A model generated the notes under the pieces. That model ran no database searches. It was given only the letters and a program-made list of their open reading frames with translations, and was not told the DNA's origin. Of a stretch of 64,000 nucleotides of DNA, positions 41,001 to 51,011 are shown piece by piece; the first letter of the stretch is position 1, and every line of letters begins with the position of its first letter. The DNA is from a virus (taxonomy: Duplodnaviria > Caudoviricetes): the IMG/VR virus record IMGVR_UViG_3300025867_000014, positions 1 to 64,000 of that record, one strand, 5' to 3'. Both the position numbers and the translations under genes were made by a program.

Positions 41001-43532
41001 AGAGTTGAAATAAGAACGCCAAATGTAAAATACACAGGAGATATTGATGCTTGTAAACTAAAAAGTGATGTTTTTATTACTGTTGTTGATGAAAACTATG
41101 ATGGGCGTGGTGGGTTTGTTACAGGTATTGAAGATGGTAATCCTTTAAACTTACCTGTTAATATCTATGTGACTAGTGGAACAACTTGTTCAGGTGCAAC
41201 ATTATGCGCTGATTGTGGAACAGGATATACACCATATGATGAAAATACTTGTTATAAAATTAATATAACAGGGGCAACGGCGCCTGTATCACCTATTAAC
41301 TTAACGGGTACAACATATCAATATTGGAGTCAATTCGGAACAAGAATATTTGACAAAATATATGTTGATGGCGGATACTTTGGGACGCCACCAATACAAA
41401 TTCTATCAACGCCTTACTTGTGGCAATGCACGACAATTGCCCCATACCTAGATAATGGCCCGCTAAATAGATGTGGGGTTTGGACGGCTGGTAGTAATTT
41501 ACCGTATAACACTTGGATTGGATTTGGTAAATGTTTAACAGGAATTACAGAAACAAAAACATATTATATTGGTCTTGGTGCTGATAATCATTTTAGATTG
41601 GTATTGGATGGTACTGAAATTCTTAACACAAAAGTTGCATCACATTCGGAAAATATAGACCGACATTTTAAATATTGGAACATGTACCCACTTGAAATTG
41701 GGGCTGGCGACCATGTTATTGAAGTTTATGGATTAAATGAAGTCTCAGCGGCGGGATTTGGTTGTGAAATATATAATGCAACACTTGCCGAATTAACGGG
41801 AGCAACAACATATAATGATATTGCAAGTAAAGTAATATTCACAACAAGTGGTCAGACACAAGCAACGATTGTACAAGATTTAAATGGAACATACATAAGT
41901 TCTGGTTATACTTGTCCAACTGGATATGTATATTCAGAATGTAGTGGAAATTGCGTTGAATATGTGTTCTGTGAAACAACAGCAGTAACAGGTGAAACAG
42001 CGGGTATTTGTACAAACTGTGGTTTTGCTGAATTAGATATAACACCAATAGAAGCAACAGCGTCTGGTTGTACATATTTGATTTCAGGAATGACAGAAAC
42101 CGACATATATGACATTATTATTTCGGATGCGGCAAACTGTGAGCAAAAATTTAGAATAGAAGGATTAGAACCAAAAATTGAAAATATTAATGGGGTTAGT
42201 GGATATACGATATATCCAAAAGTTCAATATAAAACGACACACAATTTCGGAATAAAACAAGGGACAGTGGTTTATAAAGAAGTAAATTATGTTCCATTGA
42301 TTGTATGGGAAGATTTAGATAATGCACTAACTAACGGTGATTATGTTGATGTTGCAATTGAAGATGTTAAAGTTGGTGATATTTTATTGTCAATTACCCC
42401 AAAAAGTTTGTCACAAATTTCAATATCACAATTACAATATGCGTTTCAAAATAACGATAGTTTTGATTTTACATTTGATTACAACCGAATAACAGTAACT
42501 AATGTTGAATGTTTAAGCTCGATAAAAAGAAGTATTGTTAATGATGAATTTGTAATTTTACCAACAACAAAATTGTATGTATATTCAAGTATGAATGAGA
42601 ACTTGGATAAAGTTCCCCGTCATTTCACATACAAATATCCAGAGGATTTATTTATCAAATCAGCAAATCAACCTGATCCTTGTTGTGGGTATCCATTAGG
42701 ATATTATGAAGAAAGTGATTATTTAGTTGACCAATATGGTTTCCTTATTGAAGTAACTAGTGTAAATTTAAATTATTGTGATGGTGGTATCTATTATCAA
42801 ATTGATTTTGTAGAGACGCCAACACCCGGGCCATTATTTTCCATACCTCCAACACCAATAGCGTCAACGAGGGTGGTATTGTTTAATGGTTCATTAACAG
42901 GTACTACAAGAATAATTGTGGGATACAAGTATCAACATTTTGAATGTTTGGATATGAAAACACAACAATATTTCATTAATAGTATTTGTACAGATGTGCC
43001 AACAGTTGAGGAATTGGAAAGAACACCTTGCGATAATCCTGATTGTTCACAAACAGATTGTTATTTTGATGCAGAGTTTAATAATTACACTACTATGGAA
43101 TGTTTATCAGATATACAAATAATTGCAATTTATGATACCGCTGAGGTTGATTCGATTGGTGGACATAAATGTGATACTGCTAAATTCATAGTAACCGCAA
43201 ACGACATCACAATTGGAACAATTAATTTGAATAATACGGGTGTTGATGATTACTTTAATTATCCTCCGGGCGAAGATGCTGATACATATTATCCAGAACC
43301 TAACTACAATAGATATTCTGTAATTACAATGTCATCAGACCAAGCAAAAACAATATCAGACGCAGCGTTAGATGGAATAGTTGAACTCCAATTAAATTGT
43401 GCATACGCAGAAGGATGTCACGAAACGATAACTCATATTCAAATTGTAAGAAATAATGAGGTTATATATGATGGATATCCAGTTGGTGGAATATTAAGAA
43501 TGAATCCTTGTTCGGGACAAATATTTGAATAA
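38070..43532 (+). CDS. Large tail/baseplate protein (P2 gpI-like wedge segment + PA14-like module)
   Basis: 1820 aa; VPDLLLKNLATTLG..LFKSKGTRMAIEFFL gpI-like; 256-aa module at 41205-41972. Confidence 0.6.
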   Translation: MATTKTPNQYASGAETFSDNLVGFQVVDGVSQMTNTSFNIDRIIPEKDSKTFQTQPFSDFLTLDTINQEESQQDTTNTTTSSSTKTSDKIKFYDAKDDGSKSLFGSLSRRLNVAVNNIITKFPAALYVDIDSPIKTTNLSAESVVYDLKTKQTTFQVQNSLIFNPLDILLVEPKSNTKPTTTNTIRNFYSSYTKYVIEISGATYNIVNYTEVDTTNKITLQVNGDCFSGQTGYTASYLIRPNNGIVEEFYSNLDELEIILMNRETIPMYQAPFKVPRDLNGGSSTELVTEIVTWPTTKDGWNPQIMGIDFDYYLESLVSIGQDIDTYKSNLVVRFLTAPQLFEFDTPENKAEAIFQIYGQSFDQVKKFIDNIAFMRNVTYDKINNVPDLLLKNLATTLGLSTIGLFDEKSLQDSLYTRTDTQYIGLNIGKNLVESEYEFYRRILVNLAQLFKSKGTRMAIEFFLKFIGAPEPMIRFDEYIYRIDGPLPKSTFEDDIRAAIQGNYVSYSALYTGATPTGNVIYAPLQVSPPLPLVAPKYVLTGTTGSTTLTRDEYPVDPNTGLPRGMQSSDGSVFFELGAGWYRKTIDHRSHDILDTDNSILTGRTKTIKTMSKPFTYGEDYFDYYRKLPGLDYGYDLTAEIDNSKTEIINTEAESRYILNRKNINVFLSSDRVVDFDIYTKSRNLLLTFGTMTPPTGMTFAEFLSDSISDVIKNSNTIKYKRYYQFLDEIYNDYKNSSGFTPYNYIKVNEFIERMSPYWTEIIDQFVPATTLWLGGNLIENGTYNRSKFWYRKPCTPIELSETLYPDFNAVIEEDLETILGGGTTKGIDTAEANLRGLFTFSGLTYVLYIDVNGHIFSGTTDPITTDLFTGFTPTADCTSLTSSTESIPLICDYKDLIEPNIPGIKTMWIAGIQDLVNEINLQSNETGVSVQVIFFTDENGIEKVKFILMNEECKEGENVDFYFEPVYNVPKRTCDLRVEIRTPNVKYTGDIDACKLKSDVFITVVDENYDGRGGFVTGIEDGNPLNLPVNIYVTSGTTCSGATLCADCGTGYTPYDENTCYKINITGATAPVSPINLTGTTYQYWSQFGTRIFDKIYVDGGYFGTPPIQILSTPYLWQCTTIAPYLDNGPLNRCGVWTAGSNLPYNTWIGFGKCLTGITETKTYYIGLGADNHFRLVLDGTEILNTKVASHSENIDRHFKYWNMYPLEIGAGDHVIEVYGLNEVSAAGFGCEIYNATLAELTGATTYNDIASKVIFTTSGQTQATIVQDLNGTYISSGYTCPTGYVYSECSGNCVEYVFCETTAVTGETAGICTNCGFAELDITPIEATASGCTYLISGMTETDIYDIIISDAANCEQKFRIEGLEPKIENINGVSGYTIYPKVQYKTTHNFGIKQGTVVYKEVNYVPLIVWEDLDNALTNGDYVDVAIEDVKVGDILLSITPKSLSQISISQLQYAFQNNDSFDFTFDYNRITVTNVECLSSIKRSIVNDEFVILPTTKLYVYSSMNENLDKVPRHFTYKYPEDLFIKSANQPDPCCGYPLGYYEESDYLVDQYGFLIEVTSVNLNYCDGGIYYQIDFVETPTPGPLFSIPPTPIASTRVVLFNGSLTGTTRIIVGYKYQHFECLDMKTQQYFINSICTDVPTVEELERTPCDNPDCSQTDCYFDAEFNNYTTMECLSDIQIIAIYDTAEVDSIGGHKCDTAKFIVTANDITIGTINLNNTGVDDYFNYPPGEDADTYYPEPNYNRYSVITMSSDQAKTISDAALDGIVELQLNCAYAEGCHETITHIQIVRNNEVIYDGYPVGGILRMNPCSGQIFE

Positions 43533-43553
43533 ATTAAAATTATATAAAGAAAC

Positions 43554-46500
43554 ATGTCACAATATTATTATGTAAAAATAACATCAGGAACAGCCCCCGG
43601 CCCATATAGTGTTTACTATGATTTAGTAGATACTTCTCATTATGCAACTCGTGTATCAACATCATTACCAGCCACGGGTGTTACATATGCCGATTTAACA
43701 ACCGGGGATGGGGTACTAGTAAGTATTCCAGATAGTGCGTTGATTGTTATTTTACATAACGAAACTTGTGATGATAATGACTCATCAAATCCACCCGTTC
43801 CTTGTGAAAATTGCGACCCAAATTATGAATGGTTGCCATATAATCAATACGAGTGTTATAGAGTTGTTTTAACTGGTGCAACCGCGCCAGCATCCCCACT
43901 TAATTTAACGGGAACAACAGGATATACAAGATATAGCGATCTTGGAACGCGCATTTTTAGTACATTTAATGTTGATGGTACGGGTACAGTATCTAATACC
44001 TTAACAACAAATGATGTATGGAGAAATGTTGGTAGTCCGTATCAATTAGTAAGTGGCCCATTAAATAGAAGTGGGTTATGGACAACATTACCTAATGTTG
44101 GAGCAGATATGCAACCAACAGAAGAGTGGGTTGGATTTAGTGTATGTTTAACAGGGATAACGACAGGTAAAACCTATTATGTGGGGATTGCCGCTGACAA
44201 TGATTATAGATTGGTACTTGATGGTGTTCAGATACTTAATACCAGAACAAGGCCATTAGATAGTAATAATCATAGATATTGGAACATTTATCCCATCTAC
44301 ATAAGTGGTGGTGAACATATTTTAGAGTTATTCGGTTTAAATCGATATCATATAGCAGCGTTCGGTTGCGAAATCTATGGTAATACATTATTAGAATTAA
44401 TTTCCGCAACATCTTATAGTCAGTTAGATGTTATATTCACATCAAACGGGCAAACAGAGGCGCCTATTATTCAAACAACAGGTGGAACATATTTGTCATC
44501 GGGATATACCTGCCCAGATGGTTATGTATATTCAGAATGTAGTGGATCCTGCGTTGAATACATTTTTTGTACAGAATTTGAAATATCACCAACACCGACC
44601 CAAACGGTTACACCAACACCCACTCATACACCTACGCCAACACAAACGCCTACACAAACACCGACGCAAACTAATACGCCGACTCCGAGTGAAACGCCAA
44701 CAAACACCCCAACGGTAAGTGAGACACCTACAAATACGCCTACACCAACCAATACATCAACAAACACACCTACTCCGAGTCATACTCCGACAAACACGCC
44801 GGTTCCGTCATCGACGCCGACACAAACCCCAACACCAACGGTAACACCGTCAAATAGTCAAACGCCGAGCGAAACACCAACACAAACCCCAACGCCAACA
44901 AACACGCCGACACAAACAGCGACTCCAACTCAAACGCCTACTAATACACCGACTCCAAGTCAGACGGCTACTAACACGCCTACACCAACAAAAACGCCTA
45001 CGAATACTCCAACAAACACTCGCACACCGTCGCCAACACCGACACAAACTCGTACGCCAACTCAAACACCGACAATTAGTTTGACACCATCACTTACACC
45101 AACTAATACGCCAACAATTAGTCAAACTCCGACTAATACACCTACAATAAGTGAAACGCCAACTAATACACCTACGCCAACACAGACACCAACTATAAGC
45201 GAAACACCAACGCAAACACCAACTGAAACACCTACCAATACGCCAACTCCAACGATAAGCGAAACACCAACACAAACGCCAACTGAAACCCCTACAAATA
45301 CACCTACTCCAAGTGTAACGCCAAGCGAAACGCCAACGCAAACACCCACACCAACCAATACACCTACTGTAAGTGAAACACCAACACAAACGCCAACTAA
45401 TACACCTACTCCGACACAAACACCAACATCAACGGAAACACCGTTATTGTGTATGGGATTATTATATAACTGGTACGCCGCAACCCAAACAGGAACAACA
45501 TCAATTGCAAATACTGGTTGGCATTTAGCAACTAAAGCAGAATGGTTAGCATTAGAAACTTATCTTGGTGGTGCATCCGTTGCGGGTGGTAAGTTAAAAG
45601 AAACAGGATATACATATTGGAATGCTCCAAATACAGGTGCGTCAAATTTAATTGGATATGCCGCTCGTGGCGCTGGTACAAGAAGAGCGGATGGTACATT
45701 CCAAAATATAAAACAGGATCTTAAATTATGGATTGATGACCCAAATGTAATCATATCGGTCAATGGATCAGAACAACAAATTGATTATCATACCGAGGCA
45801 ACCGCTCTTGCATATGCAACAAAATGGTTCGGTCAGTCCGTTAGATTAGTAAAAGACACTCCAAGTGTTAGTCCTAGTGGATATACGGGTAACGATGGTC
45901 GTACTTATGCAACAATTGTTGTAGGATCGGTTGAAATGATGGCAGAGAATCTTGCCGAAACATTATACAGAGATTTAACACCAATACCAGAAGTTACAAG
46001 TAATAGTGCTTGGACAGGGTTAACAACCGGCGCTTTATGTGCATATGAAAATGATTGGTCATCTAATTGTCCAACACCAACACCATTGCCAGGATTAACG
46101 CCAACCCCTACGCCAACTATAAGTGATACACCAACACAAACACCTACGCCAACGAACACGCCAACGCCAAGTATAACTCCAAGCTCAACAACACCAGTAA
46201 TTGGGTCATATGGTGTATTATTTAATGTGGCAGTTCCAAGCGCAGAAGCGTATTATTATGACCCTGTAACAACAAATTCGCAATTATTAACAATTCCAAA
46301 TAACATAAGTAGTCCTGATATTGCACATACGGAAAACAAACTTTGGTTATATGATGAAAATGTAATGATAGAATGGGACATCACTTTAGTTCCATTTACA
46401 GCAACATTTAATAAAAAAATATCTGTACCTGTTACATTATCAGCAGGGCTAACTGCAATAAATGATACAACAGTTGTTGGTGCGTATGAAACATTTGGAA

Positions 46501-47681
46501 CAACAACGATTATTGAAATTGATGTTAGAAATATGCTAGCAACATATATCAATAAATTTTATATAATCGGTAGAACAATTGTTGGTGATATGGTGTTAAC
46601 AACAACGGGTAAATTAATTGTTTCTTTATACGATGGCTCATCATATTATTTAACACAATATGATTATGATACAGGAGATTTGGAAGTTGATATTCCATTA
46701 ACACAAAATAATGTATACGGAATATATGAGTATAACAACGAAATATATTTTGTTAATCAAAATTCAATAACCGAAAGCGAAATATTCCACATTGATAAAA
46801 CATATCCATATGCAATAACATCAGTAGATGTATTACCATATATGGTTATGGGCGCGTCACAAATACCAAGTCAATCAACATCACATTTCGGTTTTTCGGT
46901 TACACCAACACCCACTCCAACAAATACAGTTACTCCAAGTAATACTCCAACGAACACACCTACAATAAGTGAAACACCTACTAATACACCCACGCCAACT
47001 CAAACACCTACAATAAGTGAAACACCTACTAATACACCTACTCCAACTATAAGTGAAACACCCACAAACACACCTACGATAAGCGAGACGCCGACAAATA
47101 CTCCAACCCCAACTAATACGCCAACACCGGGATTAGCACCGAGTTCAACGCCTACGCCAACTCCAACCAATACACCTACGATAAGTGAGACGCCGACAAA
47201 TACACCGACGCCAACGAATACCCCTACAATAAGTGAAACACCGACAAACACGCCTACACCAACTCAAACACCAACGATAAGCGAAACGCCAACTAACACA
47301 CCTACGCCAACTCAAACGCCAACAATAAGTGAAACACCTACTAATACACCGACTCCAACTATAAGTGAAACACCAACACAAACACCTACGCCAACTAATT
47401 TACCGAGCGGAACATATGCGTATATAGTATCAAAAACAATATCTGTGTCAGCATCTGCCGCCTGTAGTCAAACAATGGATACTGTACCATTATATTTGTG
47501 GTCAAATTATCCAATGGCAACATTAGCAACACATAATTTATATACAAACATTAAATTAACCAACATTTATCAACCAGAAAGCAGTGGATATCACAAAATA
47601 ATACAAAATGGGACTGTTGATTATTACTCAGCAGGTATTGCTATTAATGGTACTGTTAATCCAGTTGCTATATGTCATTAA
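43554..47681 (+). CDS. Multi-domain tail fiber/adhesin: adaptor, PA14-like, TP linker, permuted Fib_succ_major, TP, beta-propeller-like, TP, terminal domain
   Basis: 1375 aa; motifs [45 protein letters not shown]. Confidence 0.7.
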   Translation: MSQYYYVKITSGTAPGPYSVYYDLVDTSHYATRVSTSLPATGVTYADLTTGDGVLVSIPDSALIVILHNETCDDNDSSNPPVPCENCDPNYEWLPYNQYECYRVVLTGATAPASPLNLTGTTGYTRYSDLGTRIFSTFNVDGTGTVSNTLTTNDVWRNVGSPYQLVSGPLNRSGLWTTLPNVGADMQPTEEWVGFSVCLTGITTGKTYYVGIAADNDYRLVLDGVQILNTRTRPLDSNNHRYWNIYPIYISGGEHILELFGLNRYHIAAFGCEIYGNTLLELISATSYSQLDVIFTSNGQTEAPIIQTTGGTYLSSGYTCPDGYVYSECSGSCVEYIFCTEFEISPTPTQTVTPTPTHTPTPTQTPTQTPTQTNTPTPSETPTNTPTVSETPTNTPTPTNTSTNTPTPSHTPTNTPVPSSTPTQTPTPTVTPSNSQTPSETPTQTPTPTNTPTQTATPTQTPTNTPTPSQTATNTPTPTKTPTNTPTNTRTPSPTPTQTRTPTQTPTISLTPSLTPTNTPTISQTPTNTPTISETPTNTPTPTQTPTISETPTQTPTETPTNTPTPTISETPTQTPTETPTNTPTPSVTPSETPTQTPTPTNTPTVSETPTQTPTNTPTPTQTPTSTETPLLCMGLLYNWYAATQTGTTSIANTGWHLATKAEWLALETYLGGASVAGGKLKETGYTYWNAPNTGASNLIGYAARGAGTRRADGTFQNIKQDLKLWIDDPNVIISVNGSEQQIDYHTEATALAYATKWFGQSVRLVKDTPSVSPSGYTGNDGRTYATIVVGSVEMMAENLAETLYRDLTPIPEVTSNSAWTGLTTGALCAYENDWSSNCPTPTPLPGLTPTPTPTISDTPTQTPTPTNTPTPSITPSSTTPVIGSYGVLFNVAVPSAEAYYYDPVTTNSQLLTIPNNISSPDIAHTENKLWLYDENVMIEWDITLVPFTATFNKKISVPVTLSAGLTAINDTTVVGAYETFGTTTIIEIDVRNMLATYINKFYIIGRTIVGDMVLTTTGKLIVSLYDGSSYYLTQYDYDTGDLEVDIPLTQNNVYGIYEYNNEIYFVNQNSITESEIFHIDKTYPYAITSVDVLPYMVMGASQIPSQSTSHFGFSVTPTPTPTNTVTPSNTPTNTPTISETPTNTPTPTQTPTISETPTNTPTPTISETPTNTPTISETPTNTPTPTNTPTPGLAPSSTPTPTPTNTPTISETPTNTPTPTNTPTISETPTNTPTPTQTPTISETPTNTPTPTQTPTISETPTNTPTPTISETPTQTPTPTNLPSGTYAYIVSKTISVSASAACSQTMDTVPLYLWSNYPMATLATHNLYTNIKLTNIYQPESSGYHKIIQNGTVDYYSAGIAINGTVNPVAICH
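44586..45440 (+). repeat. Thr-Pro low-complexity coding repeat, block 1
   Basis: ~285 codons of TPT(N/Q)TPT(P/I/V)SE units; further blocks ~46071-46190 and ~46901-47400. Confidence 0.95.
46901..47400 (+). repeat. Thr-Pro low-complexity coding repeat, block 3 ([10 protein letters not shown] units)
   Basis: Near-tandem DNA copies e.g. acacctacaataagtgaaacacctactaatacacc at ~46955 and ~47004. Confidence 0.95.
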
Positions 47682-47731
47682 TAAACGGTTTATAATTTGA
47701 AAAAAAATTGTTATAATATTTATAATTTACA

Positions 47732-48586
47732 ATGACTAACATACAACCGCCACCAGTAGCGAAAACAGGAGTAGTATTAAGATTATATGGAATCGTATCC
47801 CCACATAATTTTAGGGTTTCAATCAAACAGGGTGAAACTGCATATCCATTGGCTAGTGGTTATGTAAACTATAATGGAATATATTCTGGTGGGACAACAC
47901 AAATTGAAATAACGGGAAGAACATTTAATTTTAATACGCAGTATTGGGTTAAATTAACGGATGTTGTTACAGGTCGATATATTATTGAAAATGTATACAT
48001 TAATGATAAAATTGCGTGGGCAGATTGTAATTGTACCGCTCCGTTGATATTATCGGTTGAATGTTATACAGACGAGTTGGATTGCGGCTTATCGTTGTCT
48101 GCAGTATTTGTAAGTGGGCCGCCAGTTACGCCAAGCCCAACGCCAACACATACGCCAACGCCAACACCAACACGAGGGGCAAGTCCAAATCCTACTCCCA
48201 CCCCAACACCAACACCGATTTATTATGATTTAACATATGAATGGGAAAAGATATGTCCGGGTAATAACCTTTGTTCTCGAACATATGGTAATATTAAAGT
48301 AAATGGGGTAACAATTTATTCTTGGACAATATCGGCACCTAATGGTCGGGAAACAGATACCTTATCATTCCCATCAGGGTCAACTATAACTGTTACAGCA
48401 GGAACATATGAGCCAGCTGGTTCTGGATGCGTTGATTATGGTTGTAGTTGTAGCGTTAATATAGAAGATGAAAATTATAGTGATGTGGCAATATCACCGC
48501 CAGATTTTGATACAATAACATATACATATACATTAACACAAGATACAGTAATTCAAATAATGTCGGATTGTTCGTCAATTGCATAA
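47732..48586 (+). CDS. Tail-associated protein: N-domain, TP linker, Ig-like C-domain
   Basis: 284 aa; [12 protein letters not shown] linker; Cys pairs. Confidence 0.7.
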   Translation: MTNIQPPPVAKTGVVLRLYGIVSPHNFRVSIKQGETAYPLASGYVNYNGIYSGGTTQIEITGRTFNFNTQYWVKLTDVVTGRYIIENVYINDKIAWADCNCTAPLILSVECYTDELDCGLSLSAVFVSGPPVTPSPTPTHTPTPTPTRGASPNPTPTPTPTPIYYDLTYEWEKICPGNNLCSRTYGNIKVNGVTIYSWTISAPNGRETDTLSFPSGSTITVTAGTYEPAGSGCVDYGCSCSVNIEDENYSDVAISPPDFDTITYTYTLTQDTVIQIMSDCSSIA

Positions 48587-48598
48587 TATAAATAAGAT

Positions 48599-49438
48599 AT
48601 GGGATATATTTCAGTAACAATAACATTAACAGTAGTTGGAACAGACCTCGGCCCGTTTAATTTATATACGGATGCCGATAATTTTGTTACACCAATTGTA
48701 CAAGGATTGAGCGTGGCACAATTAACAGCTGGATATACCTGTACTGTTGTTCCTGATACGGCGACAATCATAAGGGTGAAATCTATGGGCATTTGTGATA
48801 ATTATATTGATTTACCTATAAGTGGATTACCACAACCAACACCTACGCCAACGCCAACACAAACATCTGCACCAATACCATTAGCACCATCACCAAGTGC
48901 AACGCCAACGCCGACACCAACGAAAGCACCGGGGGTTTATACGGTTTATTTTGACCCAATAATAGTTGAACAAGGATATTATCCGGATTCATCACAACAT
49001 TATAAGTTAAAGATTAAATCATATGTATATACATCGCCAGCATTACCAGCTGGACATAGTTTCAAGATTCATTTCCAGAATAACGCAAATGTAAGTGCAA
49101 GTGAAGCACTGGCACATCCAATATCAGCAACGGCAGAAAGAAAAGTTGAAGGAAATTCAAATAGTTTTGATAAGGCATATGCCTCATTAGGTTGGGGTGA
49201 TACTGGAGCAGATAGTGATGTAAAAACAGGATATATTGTAATTACCGACTCAACTTCAGGTAACGGGTCAGGAAATAGAATATATTTCAACATTGAATCA
49301 ATTGGACACTTAACAAATGATCCTGAACAATATGGTATATTTAGTGGTGTACAAATAACTAGTGTAGAAGAAGTAACGGGTGGAGGTACTTATATACTTG
49401 ATTCAAATGATTATTTAATCGAGTCTTATGTTCCTTAA
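48599..49438 (+). CDS. Tail-associated protein: shared adaptor domain, TP linker, unique C-domain
   Basis: GPFNLY..AQLTAGYTC..PD..IIRVKS.G.C.N. Confidence 0.75.
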   Translation: MGYISVTITLTVVGTDLGPFNLYTDADNFVTPIVQGLSVAQLTAGYTCTVVPDTATIIRVKSMGICDNYIDLPISGLPQPTPTPTPTQTSAPIPLAPSPSATPTPTPTKAPGVYTVYFDPIIVEQGYYPDSSQHYKLKIKSYVYTSPALPAGHSFKIHFQNNANVSASEALAHPISATAERKVEGNSNSFDKAYASLGWGDTGADSDVKTGYIVITDSTSGNGSGNRIYFNIESIGHLTNDPEQYGIFSGVQITSVEEVTGGGTYILDSNDYLIESYVP

Positions 49439-49453
49439 TAAATAAAATAGAAT

Positions 49454-50023
49454 ATGGTAGTATTATTAACAATAACAGCAGGATTAGACACGGGGCCATT
49501 TGATATATACTCAAATGCAACGGGCACATTTGTAATAGTTGAAACAGGAATATCTAAAGCGCAATTGGTTGCTGGATATACTTGTTCAATTATGCCTGAT
49601 GGTACAACTGTAGTACGAGTTAAATCAGTTGGTACTTGTACTAATTTTGTTGATGCTACAATTACATACCCAACTCCGACACCAACACCATCACAAACGC
49701 CTAATTCAACGCCATCACCAACGCCAACCAGAACGCCAACGCCAACGCCTAATCCATCATCACATATGCATCTTGGAACGGCTAATAATTATCCAACAGT
49801 GTTACAGGCTTGTGGTCAAGCATCAAGTAGACCATATTATTCGATAACGCCGGCATTTTATAATGGAATCAGAGTATATGACGATGTTGGTTGTACCATA
49901 CCATTTGTGGGTGCAGGGTTAGGTCATTATTATTTTATTCAAGTACAAGAAAGTGGAAGCACATATAGAGCATATGAAATCGGCGCGACAGGATATATAT
50001 TAACAACGACAGATTGTCCATAA
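49454..50023 (+). CDS. Tail-associated protein: shared adaptor domain, TP linker, small Cys-bracketed C-domain
   Basis: GPFDIY..AQLVAGYTC..PD..VVRVKS.G.C.N. Confidence 0.75.
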   Translation: MVVLLTITAGLDTGPFDIYSNATGTFVIVETGISKAQLVAGYTCSIMPDGTTVVRVKSVGTCTNFVDATITYPTPTPTPSQTPNSTPSPTPTRTPTPTPNPSSHMHLGTANNYPTVLQACGQASSRPYYSITPAFYNGIRVYDDVGCTIPFVGAGLGHYYFIQVQESGSTYRAYEIGATGYILTTTDCP

Positions 50024-50049
50024 AAATAAAAAAAAAACAGAAATAAACA

Positions 50050-50982
50050 ATGGCAGTAATAGTAATGACATGGACACCAACAATAACATCTACGGTTTCG
50101 TATGAGGTTAGATACGCTGTTGCATCACCAAATCCATTCTATACATATTTTTCAACAACATTAACATCAATAACCATTCCCGGGTTAGTGAATGGTGAGA
50201 CATATGTGGTTGGAGTAAGAAGTATATGTGATGGTGGATTATATAGTGAATGGTCGCAACAAATAGTGGTGGTTTGTGACGGAGTTGGCCCATATCATAT
50301 GGAAGGTACTGCAATATACAATAATCAAAATATTGTTGTTTATGGACAATTATATAACTGGTATGCTGGTAATGATGTAAGAATTGCTCAAGCTGGATGG
50401 CATATGCCAACAAACGCCGAATGGAACGCATTAGCAGTTTCGTTAGGTGGGACGGTTCATAACTATCCGACAGCAAATCCGCCGACAGAAAAAGTACAAG
50501 GCCCCGCAGCTGTTGCAATGAAGGGAACAACATTATGGTCGCCGCCGGGTGGGGCTTGTGCTGGAACAAACTCATCTGGTATGAATATACCTCCAAGTGG
50601 TGTTATTACATCGGCAGGGGTGGCTAATCAAAGATTTACTTATGGTAATTTCTGGTGTGCTGACCAACAAACAGCAACATTAGGTAGATATAAGAATTTT
50701 GGCGCAACTAGTTGTGAAATATATAGGTCATTGGTAAATTATGATAAACATTATGGATTTTGCATACGATTAGTTAAAGATAGTGCTGTCGGATGGGTTA
50801 ATGGAACAAAATATACGGATTATGACGGGAATGAATATACTGCAAAATTAATGCCAGACGGTAAAGTTTGGATGACAGAAAATTTAAGAGTATCGAGATT
50901 CAATGATGGTGCAGTAATTCCGGTTGATCCGCCAGATTGGTCAACAACAATATATGGGGCAATGCACACATATAACGGATAA
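50050..50982 (+). CDS. FN3 domain + circularly permuted Fib_succ_major domain
   Basis: MTWTP..SYEVRY..ITIPGLVNGETYVVGVRSIC..SEWS (FN3); YGQLYNWYA..GFCIRLVKD..DYDGNEY..VWMTENL. Confidence 0.75.
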   Translation: MAVIVMTWTPTITSTVSYEVRYAVASPNPFYTYFSTTLTSITIPGLVNGETYVVGVRSICDGGLYSEWSQQIVVVCDGVGPYHMEGTAIYNNQNIVVYGQLYNWYAGNDVRIAQAGWHMPTNAEWNALAVSLGGTVHNYPTANPPTEKVQGPAAVAMKGTTLWSPPGGACAGTNSSGMNIPPSGVITSAGVANQRFTYGNFWCADQQTATLGRYKNFGATSCEIYRSLVNYDKHYGFCIRLVKDSAVGWVNGTKYTDYDGNEYTAKLMPDGKVWMTENLRVSRFNDGAVIPVDPPDWSTTIYGAMHTYNG

Positions 50983-51011
50983 TAAAAAAGTAAAAGGACT
51001 ATTTATAGAAT

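Noticed and set aside
44850-47381. Minus-strand Val/Gly- or Cys/Arg/Trp-rich ORFs ([11 protein letters not shown]...)
   Set aside because: Antisense shadows of Thr-Pro codons; no promoter, start context or independent signal
44586-47400. CRISPR-like array
   Set aside because: Repeats are in-frame, degenerate at third positions and lack constant repeat/unique spacer structure
45441-50982. Diversity-generating retroelement targeting the Fib_succ_major domains
   Set aside because: No reverse transcriptase and no near-identical template repeat differing only at adenines; the two copies share only ~15 nt exactly
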